DNA from: Nannocystis bainbridge
Lineage (GTDB): Bacteria; Myxococcota_A; Polyangia; Nannocystales; Nannocystaceae
Reading direction: 5' to 3'
NCBI RefSeq assembly: GCF_028368995.1
Contig: NZ_JAQNDL010000001.1
Location: 2,528,001 to 2,592,000, forward strand
DNA length: 64,000 nucleotides
Of this stretch, positions 9,511 to 21,275 are shown one piece after another (position 1 is the stretch's first letter; each line of letters begins with the position of its first letter). The notes below the pieces were generated by a model. That model was not told where the DNA came from and did not search any database. It saw only the letters and a list, made by a program, of their open reading frames with translations. The translations under genes were made by a program, and so were the position numbers.

Positions 9511-10569
9511 ATGTCCGGAACCACCCGCCACGCAAGCGTCGAGCTCGAGGCTCCGCGGACTGGGCTTCTCGCCTTCCTCCGCGACTTCCACAACAAGACG
9601 ATCTTGTTCCGCGCCGGTGACTGGATCTTCGTCACCTACGGCATGATCGCCGGCCTCGCCTTCCTCGTCGGCGTCGCCACGGCGACCTGGTACATGGGCA
9701 TGGTCGGGGCCGACACGGCCCAGATCGCCGCGTTCTACCTGTTCTTCGCCATCCCCTCGATCCTCATGGTCTCGCGGCTCACGAGCATCCTGCTCGAGTG
9801 GCGCGAGCTGTTCCGCAAGCCGCTGCAGACCCTGCTCAAGCCGGGCTACATGCTGCACGGCGGCATCTTCGGCGGCATGATGGCGTTCGCGGGCTACTCG
9901 CTGTTCAACAACATCAGCCTGCTCGCCCTGCTCGACGCCGCCGGCTTCTGCATGCCGCTCGGCGAGGCGATCGCCCGGCTCGGCTGCTACGTCTACGGCT
10001 GCTGCTGGGGCCGCCCGACCGAGAGCCGGTTCGGCGTCGCCTACACCAGCCCGCACTCCAAGGTCCTGCGCTTCCGCCCCGAGCTGCAGGGCGTGAAGAT
10101 CCACCCGACCCAGCTCTACGCGCTGACGGCCCACCTGATCCAGTTCACGATCTTCTACGCGCTCCTGCCGGTGAAGGTGTTCGACGGCATGTTCGCCGCG
10201 CTCTACCTCATCACCCACCCGATCATCCGCTTCGCGCTCGAGCGGTTCCGCCAGGACGACCGCGGCCAGGTCGGTCGCTGGACGCACACCAACATCTACA
10301 GCCTGATGATGATCGCCTTTGGTGCGCTGGTCCTGGTGTTCGGCCTCGCCAGCGGCGCCAGCAACCTGCCGATCAACCTCCAGCTGCGCTTCGTCCACGT
10401 CGTCGCCAACCCGGCCTCGATCGCCTACTTCCTCTTCATCTTCCTCGCGGCTTGCGCGGCCTTCGGCGTCCACTACAAGTCGGTCGGCTCGTGGCTCAGC
10501 AAGCCCTCCGGCGGCATGAAGGTCGACATCACCGAGATGGGCATGGGCGCCACCGACCGCGATCGCTAG
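9511..10569 (+). CDS. lgt: prolipoprotein diacylglyceryl transferase family protein
   Basis: multi-TM; motifs LHGGIFGG, IARLGCYVYGCCWG, HPTQLY, RFALERFR. Confidence 0.8.
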   Translation: MSGTTRHASVELEAPRTGLLAFLRDFHNKTILFRAGDWIFVTYGMIAGLAFLVGVATATWYMGMVGADTAQIAAFYLFFAIPSILMVSRLTSILLEWRELFRKPLQTLLKPGYMLHGGIFGGMMAFAGYSLFNNISLLALLDAAGFCMPLGEAIARLGCYVYGCCWGRPTESRFGVAYTSPHSKVLRFRPELQGVKIHPTQLYALTAHLIQFTIFYALLPVKVFDGMFAALYLITHPIIRFALERFRQDDRGQVGRWTHTNIYSLMMIAFGALVLVFGLASGASNLPINLQLRFVHVVANPASIAYFLFIFLAACAAFGVHYKSVGSWLSKPSGGMKVDITEMGMGATDRDR

Positions 10570-10593
10570 CCTTCGCCCGTCGATTTCGCCGCC

Positions 10594-10630
10594 CGGCCCG
10601 CACCCGCAAGGGGCGGGCCGTCGTCGTTTC
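10594..10630 (+). terminator. GC hairpin after lgt, possible intrinsic terminator
   Basis: cggcccgc-a-ccc-GCAA-ggg-gcgggccg stem-loop; weak T tail. Confidence 0.45.
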
Positions 10631-10938
10631 TGCGGCCATTCCTTGCACTTGGCGCCAGCTCGGGCGTTCGCGCGCGGCTTGCTCCGCGGGCGCACGCGGG
10701 TCACCCTCGAGGTGTGCGCTCGTCGACACCTCCGCCTGGCCTGCGTCGCGCGGCGTCTCCATCCGACGAGCGTGCGGCGGCCGCCGCGGTCCGCGGCCGC
10801 CGATCTGCCGGCCGCGTGAGCCCGGACTGGCCCGTCGGCCCGACCGCGATCATGCCCCGATCGGGCCCGACGATCGCCGCCGCGCGACCGACGTGTAGGC
10901 CCACGTCCCAGCCCGCGCACTCATCTGTCCGTTCGACC

Positions 10939-12453
10939 ATGTCCCTTGGGTCTGCCATCGCCGCGCTCGCGCTGCTCGCCTGCCGCGAGCCCACGAGCCA
11001 CGACCCCGAGGTGCTGGCCCAAGCCTGCAGCGTCACCGAGCCCGCGCGCATCGTCGCCGCCCCGCCCGGCTTCGTCGCCGCCCCCGACGCCTGGTACGGC
11101 CTCCACGTCCTCGGCGACGACCTCCTCTTCACCTTCGATCGCCTCGACGATCCCCGGCGCACCTACTGGCGCCTCGATCGCTGCACCGGCGAGCTCGCCC
11201 CGTTCCCCTCGCTCGCGCCCGGCCTCCACAACCCCTACGCGATCACCACCGACGCCGGGCGCATCGCCTACGCCAACGACGCGCTCGGCACTCACTACCT
11301 CGTCGACCGTCTCGACATCGCCGGCGACGACGAGCCCCGGCCCGTGCCGGGCCTGCCCGAGCAGCTCGGCGGCCTGCAGTGGGGCCTCAGCGAGCTGCCG
11401 TTCGTCCTCCACGTCGAGCGCCACGCCAGCGAGCACGGCGCCTACGCGGCCGGCATCGGCGGCGCCACCCACACCCTCTACCGCCACGACGGCGACCCCG
11501 ACGTCCCCGCCGTCGCGCTCGGCGAGTTCGTCCAGCAGGTTCGCATCGACGGCGACGACACCCGGCGCCACGTCCTGCGCGACGACGGCGAGCTGCACCG
11601 CCTCGACCTCCTCACTGGCGACAGCGAGCGCCTTCTCACCGGCGTCCGTCACTTCCACCCGCTCGCGCAGCCCGACAGGATGATCTGGCAGGAGCTCGGC
11701 GACGACCTCGCCGAGACGATCTACGTCCACGACTTCGCCACCGGCGACGACCTCGCGCTCGCCGTCAACGACTTCACGCAAAAGTCGTGGTGGCGCGACC
11801 CGGAGGAGGGCGACCTCGGCGGCGTCCAGCCCAGCGCCGACGGCAGCCTGCTCGCCCTGCCGGGCCCCGGCCGCGTCCTCGTCGCCCTGGTGCGCACCGC
11901 CGACGCCGAGGCCTTCACCATCCCCGAGCACCGCCGGTTCCTCGGCTTCCGCGACCTCCAGGTCATCCTCCTCACCGAAGAAGCGCCCGAGCGCGTCCTG
12001 GCGCTGTGGGACCCGATCGGCGGCCGCTTGCGCGAGTGGTACCGCGGCCCGCAGGTCACCGTCGCCCTGCGCCGCGTCGACGGCGATCAGGTCGAGTACT
12101 TCGAGGCCGACCCCGGCGGCTCCGCCGTCGGCACGCTCTGGCGCGTCGACCTGACCACCGGCGCGCGCGAGCGGCTGCTGACCCGCTCGACCGCCGCCCC
12201 CGCCGCGCTCGCCGACGGCCGCTACTTCCTCGCCTTCGAGCGCCGTCAACTCGCCGGCCCGCCGCTGTCCGGCTCGAGCTACCTCGGCGCGGCCGCCCGC
12301 GACCTCAAGCTCGTCGATCCCGCGACCGGCCTCTACACCACGATCGCCGACGACGTCACCGCTTACGCGTCCCTCGCCGACGACGGCCTCGTCTACTTCG
12401 CCCCGCAAGGCCCCGAACCGGGCGTGTGGGTCCACCCGATCGCGTGGAACTGA
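10939..12453 (+). CDS. beta-propeller-like lipoprotein (paralogue 1 of 3)
   Basis: lipobox LLA-C; shares LLxxFD, DRC, DRLDxxGxDxPRP, HDGDPDVPA, LREWYRGP, GLYTT with the two following genes. Confidence 0.75.
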   Translation: MSLGSAIAALALLACREPTSHDPEVLAQACSVTEPARIVAAPPGFVAAPDAWYGLHVLGDDLLFTFDRLDDPRRTYWRLDRCTGELAPFPSLAPGLHNPYAITTDAGRIAYANDALGTHYLVDRLDIAGDDEPRPVPGLPEQLGGLQWGLSELPFVLHVERHASEHGAYAAGIGGATHTLYRHDGDPDVPAVALGEFVQQVRIDGDDTRRHVLRDDGELHRLDLLTGDSERLLTGVRHFHPLAQPDRMIWQELGDDLAETIYVHDFATGDDLALAVNDFTQKSWWRDPEEGDLGGVQPSADGSLLALPGPGRVLVALVRTADAEAFTIPEHRRFLGFRDLQVILLTEEAPERVLALWDPIGGRLREWYRGPQVTVALRRVDGDQVEYFEADPGGSAVGTLWRVDLTTGARERLLTRSTAAPAALADGRYFLAFERRQLAGPPLSGSSYLGAAARDLKLVDPATGLYTTIADDVTAYASLADDGLVYFAPQGPEPGVWVHPIAWN

Positions 12454-12512
12454 TCCGTCGCCCTCTTTCGAGTCACGACCCGAGAGTCACTCCCCCACCA
12501 CGCTTCAAGGCC

Positions 12513-14042
12513 ATGCCGCTCCGACCCGCTCACCTCGCCGCTCTCTCGCTGCTGCTCGCAGCCTGCGGCGAGGATGCGGTCGCGCCGGAGAGCTTCGCCG
12601 CCGCCTGCCCCTTGCGCGAGCCGGTGCGCCTGGCCGCTCCACCCGACGGCTGGCAGCCCGGGCCCGCGCGGGTCTACCCGTTCAAGCAGCTCGGCGATCA
12701 CCTGCTCTACAGCTTCGACGGCGCCGGCGACATCGACCCCGGCTACTGGCTCGTGCACCGCTGCGGCGGCGCCCCGCAGCGGTTCACCACCTTCACCCCC
12801 GGCACCGTCCTGCCGTTCGCGCTCGACACGGCCGACGGCGCCCTCGTCTACGCCGTCGATGCGCAGGGCCGCCACGTCCTGCTCGATCGCCTCGACGTGC
12901 CCGGCTTCGACGACCCGCGCCCGATCGCCGACCTGCCCGGCTACGACGCCCCCGGCGGCGTCCCGCACGAGGCCGGCTACGCCCTGTTCGCCCGCGTCAA
13001 TCGCCCCACCGGCGCCGGTCGTCAGGCCGCCGGCGTCGCCGGCGGCACCGCCGTCGTGCACACCCACGACGGCGATCCCGACGCGCCCGCGCTGCACCTC
13101 GGCGACGACATCGTCAGCCTCGCCCAGCACGGCGGCCAGCTGCTGGTCCTCGACGACGCCGGCGAGCTGCGCCGCGTCGATCCGTTCACTCGCGAGAGCG
13201 AGCCGCTGCAGGCCGGGGTCCGCTACTTCACCCTCGCCGCCGACGGCCGCCACCTGATCTGGCAGGCCCTCGGCGACGACGCTATCGAGCCGGTGTTCCT
13301 CCGCGACCTCGAGGCCAGCGCCCGCCTGGCCGTCGTCGATCCCGGCGTCGATCGCGAGATCGCCGTCAACGACTTCGCCGCCCGCTCGTGGAACCGCATG
13401 CCCGAGCAGGGCCTCGCCGTCGGTCGATGGATCTGGACCGCCGACAGCCAGACCGCCGCCCTCGTCGGCCCCGACGACACCTTCGTCGCCGCCGTGCGCA
13501 GCGACACCGGCGAGCCGCTCGCCCTGCCCGAGCACCGCCAGCAGCGCGGCGCCCTCGGCGACGACCTCGTGCTCGTCATGCCCGACACCGACACCCTCGC
13601 GCTCGCGCTGTGGCGCCCGCAGGACGGCGACCTGCGCGTGTGGTACCGCGGCCCGGCCGACGCCACCGTCGAGGCGCGCGCGCGCGTCGGCGATGCGCTC
13701 GAGTTCTTCCTCGCCGACCCGACCGACCCCGCGATCGGCAGCCTCCTGCGCGTCGACCTCGGCACCGGCGAGCTGACCGAAGTGGCCCCGCGGATCGGTC
13801 ACGAGTACCAGCAGCTCGACGCCCGCCGCTACTTCACCGCCGTGCACGCCGAGCCGGTGCAGGCCGGCGCCGACATCAAGTGGACCTGGGACCTGCTGGT
13901 GTTCGACGCCGACACCCGCGTCTACACCACCGTCGCCGAGCGCGTCGACGACTTCGTCCACGTGCCCGACCAGGGCGTCCTCTACCTCGACAGCCGCGGC
14001 GACCAGCCCGGGCTGTGGGCCGCGCCGCTGACCACGAACTGA
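12513..14042 (+). CDS. beta-propeller-like lipoprotein (paralogue 2 of 3)
   Basis: ATG 12513, lipobox LLAA-C, same motif set as neighbours. Confidence 0.75.
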   Translation: MPLRPAHLAALSLLLAACGEDAVAPESFAAACPLREPVRLAAPPDGWQPGPARVYPFKQLGDHLLYSFDGAGDIDPGYWLVHRCGGAPQRFTTFTPGTVLPFALDTADGALVYAVDAQGRHVLLDRLDVPGFDDPRPIADLPGYDAPGGVPHEAGYALFARVNRPTGAGRQAAGVAGGTAVVHTHDGDPDAPALHLGDDIVSLAQHGGQLLVLDDAGELRRVDPFTRESEPLQAGVRYFTLAADGRHLIWQALGDDAIEPVFLRDLEASARLAVVDPGVDREIAVNDFAARSWNRMPEQGLAVGRWIWTADSQTAALVGPDDTFVAAVRSDTGEPLALPEHRQQRGALGDDLVLVMPDTDTLALALWRPQDGDLRVWYRGPADATVEARARVGDALEFFLADPTDPAIGSLLRVDLGTGELTEVAPRIGHEYQQLDARRYFTAVHAEPVQAGADIKWTWDLLVFDADTRVYTTVAERVDDFVHVPDQGVLYLDSRGDQPGLWAAPLTTN

Positions 14043-14044
14043 CA

Positions 14045-14086
14045 TGCTCTTTCCGTCATGTCCTTAAAAACATGTCTCGATAGACA
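14045..14086. repeat. Three-unit 14-bp array spanning an intergenic gap and the next start codon
   Basis: tgctctttccgtca/tgtccttaaaaaca/tgtctcgatagaca. Confidence 0.8.
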
Positions 14087-15533
14087 CCTCATCCTCGCCG
14101 TCGCCGGCCTGCTCGCCTGCGACCCCGACGAGCCGGCCCCGGCCTCGACCTGTCCCGTCGAACAGGTGACGCGCATGGCCGCCCCCGGGCGCGACTGGAA
14201 CCTCGAAGCGGGCTCTCGCGTCTCGTTCTCGGCCTTCGGCGATCGCCTGCTCTACACCTTCGACGCCTACGACGACCCCGACCGGAGCTATTTCTTGCTC
14301 GACCGCTGCGGCGGCGTGCCCGAGCGGTTCAGCCTCCTCGACGGACCCGCGTCCCGATTCACCGGCATCGAGACCGACGCCGGCTGGGTGCTCTACGCCG
14401 AGCGGGACGAACGCTACTTCGTCCTCGACCGCCTGGACGTCCCCGGCTTCGACGAACCGCGCCCCGTCCTCGGCCTCCCCGACATTCGGCTTCATGGATG
14501 GGGCGACGCGCGCCGCCTGATCTTTACCAGCGACTCCGAAGGCCTCTCCAACCTCTCCGGGGTCGCCGGCCTCGGCGGCCGGACCTACGAGATGTACATC
14601 CACCACGGCGACCCGGACGTCCCCGCCGTCGAGCTCGGCAAGACCATCGTCAACCCCCAGTACGCCGACGATCACATCCTCGTCCTCTCCGACGACGGCA
14701 GCCTGCGTCGCGTCGACGACCGCATCGGCGAGTCCGCGCTGCTGCTCGGCGGCGTCCGCCGCCACTGGTTCCACGCCGCCACCCGCCGGCTGATCTGGCA
14801 GCAGATCGGCGACGACATCAGCGAGCCCGTGTTCCTCCGCGACCTCGCGGGTGGCGAGGATCTACCGATCGCCGTCAATACCTTCGCCCAGCTGTCGTGG
14901 AACCGCCTGGAGCTGCCGGATCAGGGCGCGACCGGCAACTGGCTGTTCAACGCCTCGGGCAGCCACGCCGCGCTCTTCGGCCCCGAGCGCTTCGTCGCCG
15001 CCGTCGTCCGCACCGCTGACGGCGCCGCGGTCGAGCCGCCCGCCGACTCGCGGCTGCTCGGCGCCCCCGCCGACGAGTTCAGCCTGCTGTTCGACGACGG
15101 CGACGAGGCCGCGCTGGCGCGCTGGAACCCGGACGTCGGCGCCCTGCGCGAGTGGTACCGCGGGCCCTCGGGCGCCCCGCTGCCGGTGGCCTTCGCGCTC
15201 GAAGACGACTTCATCGACTACCTCGTCCTCGACCCGGACGGCAACGCGGGCACGCTGTGGCGCTTCGACCACCGCACCGGCCAGGCCACCCTGATCGCCC
15301 CACGCATGGGCCCTGCCATCCGCCTCGACGACGACCGCTACCTCACCTTCCTCTCCACCTCAAAATACTACCGCCCCGCCGATATCGTCCTCTTCGACCC
15401 CGACTCCGGGCTCTACACCACCCTCGCCAAGGACATCGACAACTACCACTACTTCCCGGACCAGGGCCTCATCTACGCCGTCAGTCGCAGCGACGCGCCC
15501 GGCCTGTACGCCGCCCCGATCCCGTCGAAATAG
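14058..15533 (+). CDS. beta-propeller-like lipoprotein (paralogue 3 of 3)
   Basis: lipobox LLA-C; same motif set; N-terminus MSLKTCLDRH encoded by the repeat array. Confidence 0.75.
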   Translation: MSLKTCLDRHLILAVAGLLACDPDEPAPASTCPVEQVTRMAAPGRDWNLEAGSRVSFSAFGDRLLYTFDAYDDPDRSYFLLDRCGGVPERFSLLDGPASRFTGIETDAGWVLYAERDERYFVLDRLDVPGFDEPRPVLGLPDIRLHGWGDARRLIFTSDSEGLSNLSGVAGLGGRTYEMYIHHGDPDVPAVELGKTIVNPQYADDHILVLSDDGSLRRVDDRIGESALLLGGVRRHWFHAATRRLIWQQIGDDISEPVFLRDLAGGEDLPIAVNTFAQLSWNRLELPDQGATGNWLFNASGSHAALFGPERFVAAVVRTADGAAVEPPADSRLLGAPADEFSLLFDDGDEAALARWNPDVGALREWYRGPSGAPLPVAFALEDDFIDYLVLDPDGNAGTLWRFDHRTGQATLIAPRMGPAIRLDDDRYLTFLSTSKYYRPADIVLFDPDSGLYTTLAKDIDNYHYFPDQGLIYAVSRSDAPGLYAAPIPSK

Positions 15534-15600
15534 CTCTCGGGACATGTCCTCTCCGACATGCCCTTTCTTACATGTCTTTGAAGGCATGTCCGATCGGACA
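15531..15600. repeat. Five-unit 14-bp array beginning at a stop codon
   Basis: tagctctcgggaca/tgtcctctccgaca/tgccctttcttaca/tgtctttgaaggca/tgtccgatcggaca. Confidence 0.85.
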
Positions 15601-16076
15601 GTCATTCACAGCGTCGGCAGTGAGCGTCCTGCAGAGCGGCCCCTGCGAGCGCGTTCTCCCGCATCGTCGGCTCGCTCCGTCGACGCGGCACCTCGAGCGT
15701 CCAGCCCGGCCGCCGCTGCGAGCATCCCCTCGCGCGCGAGGAGCCGCGCTTCGAGAGCCTCCGGCCCGCACTTCTTCACCGCCGAGCCGCGCTTCGAGAG
15801 CCTCCGGCGCCCACTTCCTCAACGCGCGCGCGCCGGGCCGCACTGCGAACTTCCGGCGCGCAATTCCTCACCGCTCCCCGCCGGGCCGCCGCTTCGGGCG
15901 GCCTGTCGCTCCTGAGCTGACCACGCCTCGCGCGCGCCGCGGTGCGCAGGCGCACCGCCTCGGGCCTGCGCTCCACGCTGCAGCGCCGCGGTGACGGTGC
16001 GGGCGCGCCCCGTGCGCGACCTCGCTCGCTGCGGGGCTGGCGGTGATGCTTCACCTCTGCTACCTCCCCGCGGACC

Positions 16077-17759
<1,683 letters not shown>

Positions 17760-17761
17760 CC

Positions 17762-17824
17762 TGTCCTCCGGGACAGGCAGACGCGGACGCTGCGGCGCGC
17801 GGCCACAACCTGTCCTCCGGGACA
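17762..17824. repeat. Two identical isolated sites tgtcctccgggaca
   Basis: copies at 17762-17775 and 17811-17824, directly after the prfC stop. Confidence 0.8.
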
Positions 17825-17923
17825 TCTCACAGCGCCCGCAGCGCCGCCCACGCGTGCGCGCCCTCGCCCGCCCGCAGGCCCGCGTGACGCGCCGGTGATC
17901 CGCGAGCCCCCTCGCGGTCGCTC

Positions 17924-20668
17924 ATGAGGGTCATGCCCGTCCAGCCCGGGATCGACGGCGACGCCGACACTCTCGGCGCCGACCGGTTGTCCGCGCCGTC
18001 GCCGCCCGACCCGACGCGCGAGACCGACGGTGGCTCGTTCCTTAGCACCGAGGCCGCGGGCGAGCCCGGCGGCACCCGGCGCAGCCGCGGCCCCGCCACC
18101 GGCGACGAGATCGGCGACTTCACGCTCGAGCGGCGCCTCGGCGAGGGCGGCATGGGCGTGGTGTTCGCCGCGTGGAGCCACAAGCTGGCCCGCCGGGTCG
18201 CCATCAAGATCCCGACCCGCAGCCTCGACGAGGTCGCGCGCGCCCGCATCGTCCGCGAGGCCCAGAGCCTGGCCCAGGTCGACCACCCCCACGTGGTCCG
18301 CGTGTACGAGATCGGCGAGGAGGGCGAGAACCTCTTCATCGCCATGGAGCTGGTGGAGGGCGTCACCCTCCGCAGATGGCTGACGGAGGCGCCGCGCGGC
18401 TGGCGGGAGATCGTCCAGATGTACCTGCAGGCCGGCCACGGGCTGGCGGCGGCGCATCACCAGGGGCTGCTGCACCGCGACTTCAAGCCGAGCAACATCC
18501 TGGTCGACGGCGAGGGTCGCGTGCGCCTGATCGACTTCGGCCTCGCGCGCATGCGCGACTCGAGCCGCGACATCGCGGCGACGGTCGACGGCGACGAGCC
18601 CTCGGGCCCCGAGTTCGTGCTGACGAGCCGCGCCGGCACGCCGCGCTACATGGCGCCCGAGGTCTACGACACCGGCGCGACGGTCGACGCGCGCAGCGAC
18701 CAGTACTCGTTCTGCGTCGCGCTGTGGGAGGCCCTGTTCGGCGAGCTGCCCGACTGGCGCCGCTCGGCCCCGCAGCCGAAGACGGTGCCGCCGTGGCTGC
18801 TCGCGCTGCTCCGCCGCGGCCTGGCGCTCGACCGCGAGGGCCGGTTCCCGACCATGGACGCGCTGCTGGCCGAGCTGACCGCCGGCCTGCAGCCGCGCCG
18901 CCGCCGGCCGCTGGCGCTCGTGGCCCTCGCCGCGACCGTCGGGGCCGGGCTCGGCGCGGCGCTCCAGACCCTCGGCCCGGCCGAGGCCTGCGCCGAACCG
19001 GCCGCCCTCGCCGACGCGCTGTGGCCGGCCGACCAGCGCGCGGCCCTGCGAGAGTCTGGCCATTCGGTCATGTCCGTAGAGACATGGTTCTCGGAACATG
19101 TCCTCGAGTGGGCCGACGCCAGCGCCCAGGCCTGCCGGACCCGCGACGAGCTCGCCCGCGCCCGCGCGGCGACCTGCCTCGACGAGCGCGAGCAGGCGCT
19201 GCGCGCGGTCGCGTCCGCGCTGGTGGCCGCGCCCGCGGGCCCCGAGGGCGCACCGAAGCCCGGCTGGGACGGCCGCCTGGCCCTGTGGGACCGCGCGCTG
19301 CCGCCGGCCGCCGACTGCGTCGACCCGCGCCGCCTGGCCTTCACCGTCGATCCGCCGGTCCATGTCGACCTGTCCGAAACGACATGGCTCGAAGAACAGC
19401 TGCACCTGGGCGCCGCGCTCGCGCTCGCGGGCGACCCGGCGGCCGCGGCGGCGCGCCTGCACCCGGCCCGCGTGCGCGCCGAGCAGGCCGGTGATCGCTG
19501 GCGCCAGGCCCGGGCCGACCTCGCGCTCGGCGTCGCCGCCATGCACCGCGGCGACGAGACCGGCGCGCGCCGCCGCTTCGAGACCGCGGCCAGCGACGCC
19601 GGGGCCGTGGGCGACGATTTCCTGGCCGCCGACGCCTGGCGCTGGCTGGTGTTCGTCGACGCGGCCCGCGACCCCGACCCCGAGCACGCGCTGCTGCTGC
19701 TGCCGCACGCCGAGAGCGCGCTCTACCGCATCGGCCAGGCGACCGGGCCGCGCATGATCGACCTGCAGCTGTCGGCGGCGTGGGCCGAGCTGCGCCGCGG
19801 CGACCTCGACGCAGCCCACGCCCGCCTGGCCCGCGCGCTGCAACAAGGCAAGGCCGACGAGGCGCTGGCCGCACGGATCTTGCGACACCACGCAGAGCAG
19901 GCCCACCAGCGCGGGCAGTCGCTGCCGGCCGTCGATCTGGCCCGCCAGGCGCTGAGCCTGCAGCTGCGCCGCGAGGGCCCGGACTCGCGCGGCGTCGCCG
20001 ACACCCGCCAGAGCCTGGCCCGCTATCAGCTCGCCGCCGGTCAGTACGCCGAGGCCGAAGCCAACCTGCGCGCCGCCCTGGCCGTCGCCGCCGACGACCC
20101 CGACGCCCGCGAGCGCGCCAGCCTCGAGCTCGACCTCGCCGTCGTCCACTACACCCGCGACGACCTCGCCGCCGCGCGCGCGGCCGCCGATCGCGCCGCC
20201 TCGGCCTTCGCCGAGGTCGTCGATCCGCTGGCCGGTCGCGCCGACCGGATCGCGCTCGCCAAGCTCCGCGGTGACCTGTCCCTCGGGACAGACGATCGCG
20301 CCGCCGTGCGTCACTACGAGGTCGGCCTCGCGCTGGTCGCCGCCGGCCCCGCGCTGCCGGAGACGCGCGACAACGCGGTCGCCATGCGCGTCGGGCTCGC
20401 GGCCGCGCGCCGTCAGCTCGGCGACCTGCCGGGCGCCCTCGACGCCATGCGGCACGCGCTCGCCGACCTCGCGGGCGTCGCCGCGGACGTCGCCGCTTAC
20501 GCCCATGGCACCGCCGCCGAGCTCGATCTCGGGCGCGGCGCCAGGCGCGAGGCCGAGGCCCACTGTCGCCGCGCGCTCGCGCTGCTGCGCGACGACGACC
20601 CGATGGCCCGCGAGCTGCGCCAGCTGCTCGTACGGATCCGAGCCGCCGGCCCCGCGCGGCGAAAATAA
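17924..20668 (+). CDS. Ser/Thr protein kinase with TM segment and C-terminal TPRs
   Basis: LGEGGMGVV, VAIK, HRDFKPSN, DFGLA, GTPRYMAPE, DQYSF. Confidence 0.9.
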   Translation: MRVMPVQPGIDGDADTLGADRLSAPSPPDPTRETDGGSFLSTEAAGEPGGTRRSRGPATGDEIGDFTLERRLGEGGMGVVFAAWSHKLARRVAIKIPTRSLDEVARARIVREAQSLAQVDHPHVVRVYEIGEEGENLFIAMELVEGVTLRRWLTEAPRGWREIVQMYLQAGHGLAAAHHQGLLHRDFKPSNILVDGEGRVRLIDFGLARMRDSSRDIAATVDGDEPSGPEFVLTSRAGTPRYMAPEVYDTGATVDARSDQYSFCVALWEALFGELPDWRRSAPQPKTVPPWLLALLRRGLALDREGRFPTMDALLAELTAGLQPRRRRPLALVALAATVGAGLGAALQTLGPAEACAEPAALADALWPADQRAALRESGHSVMSVETWFSEHVLEWADASAQACRTRDELARARAATCLDEREQALRAVASALVAAPAGPEGAPKPGWDGRLALWDRALPPAADCVDPRRLAFTVDPPVHVDLSETTWLEEQLHLGAALALAGDPAAAAARLHPARVRAEQAGDRWRQARADLALGVAAMHRGDETGARRRFETAASDAGAVGDDFLAADAWRWLVFVDAARDPDPEHALLLLPHAESALYRIGQATGPRMIDLQLSAAWAELRRGDLDAAHARLARALQQGKADEALAARILRHHAEQAHQRGQSLPAVDLARQALSLQLRREGPDSRGVADTRQSLARYQLAAGQYAEAEANLRAALAVAADDPDARERASLELDLAVVHYTRDDLAAARAAADRAASAFAEVVDPLAGRADRIALAKLRGDLSLGTDDRAAVRHYEVGLALVAAGPALPETRDNAVAMRVGLAAARRQLGDLPGALDAMRHALADLAGVAADVAAYAHGTAAELDLGRGARREAEAHCRRALALLRDDDPMARELRQLLVRIRAAGPARRK

Positions 20669-20689
20669 ACCCGCCGATGTCGGATCTGC

Positions 20690-21208
20690 ATGATCCGATC
20701 GACCTCGTCGCGCCACCCATATGCGCCGATGTCGACCCGATTGAACCTCGTCCGCAGCACCCGTCCGCTGATCGCGTCGTTCGTCCCCGTGACGCTGCCG
20801 GACGGCCTCCTCACCGTGCGTTATGGCGCCAGCGGCAGCTCCCCGGTGTTCGAGTGCGTCGGCCAGCGCGTCACCGGCGGCCGCATCAACCTGTCCCGAG
20901 AGACATGGATCGCCTGGCAGGCCCGCGGGCTCGACCTGGCGATCGAGCCCGGCTCGCCGAGCCCGGCCCGCACCGTCCGGGTCACAGCCACCAGCGGCCG
21001 CCACCTGCTCAGCAGCGCCGGCCACCCGGTCCCGCTCGTCGCCACCGCGCAGCTCGGCGCTCGCCTGCTGTTCGATGGCGACGCCGGCATGAGCTTCAAG
21101 ATCGCGCTCGACGGCCTCGGCGCCGTCGAGATCGACCTCGGCGACATCAGCAGCCAGATCCGGCCCCCGCCGCCCAAGCTGCCGGTCGACGCGCCCAAGC
21201 CCAACTGA
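20690..21208 (+). CDS. hypothetical protein
   Basis: coding-like codon use; start may be 20729. Confidence 0.55.
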   Translation: MIRSTSSRHPYAPMSTRLNLVRSTRPLIASFVPVTLPDGLLTVRYGASGSSPVFECVGQRVTGGRINLSRETWIAWQARGLDLAIEPGSPSPARTVRVTATSGRHLLSSAGHPVPLVATAQLGARLLFDGDAGMSFKIALDGLGAVEIDLGDISSQIRPPPPKLPVDAPKPN

Positions 21209-21275
21209 GGGCGCAGACCTGTCTCAAACGCCACGTCTTGACGGCCGCCCGGACCGCGGGCTATTGCCGGGGTCG

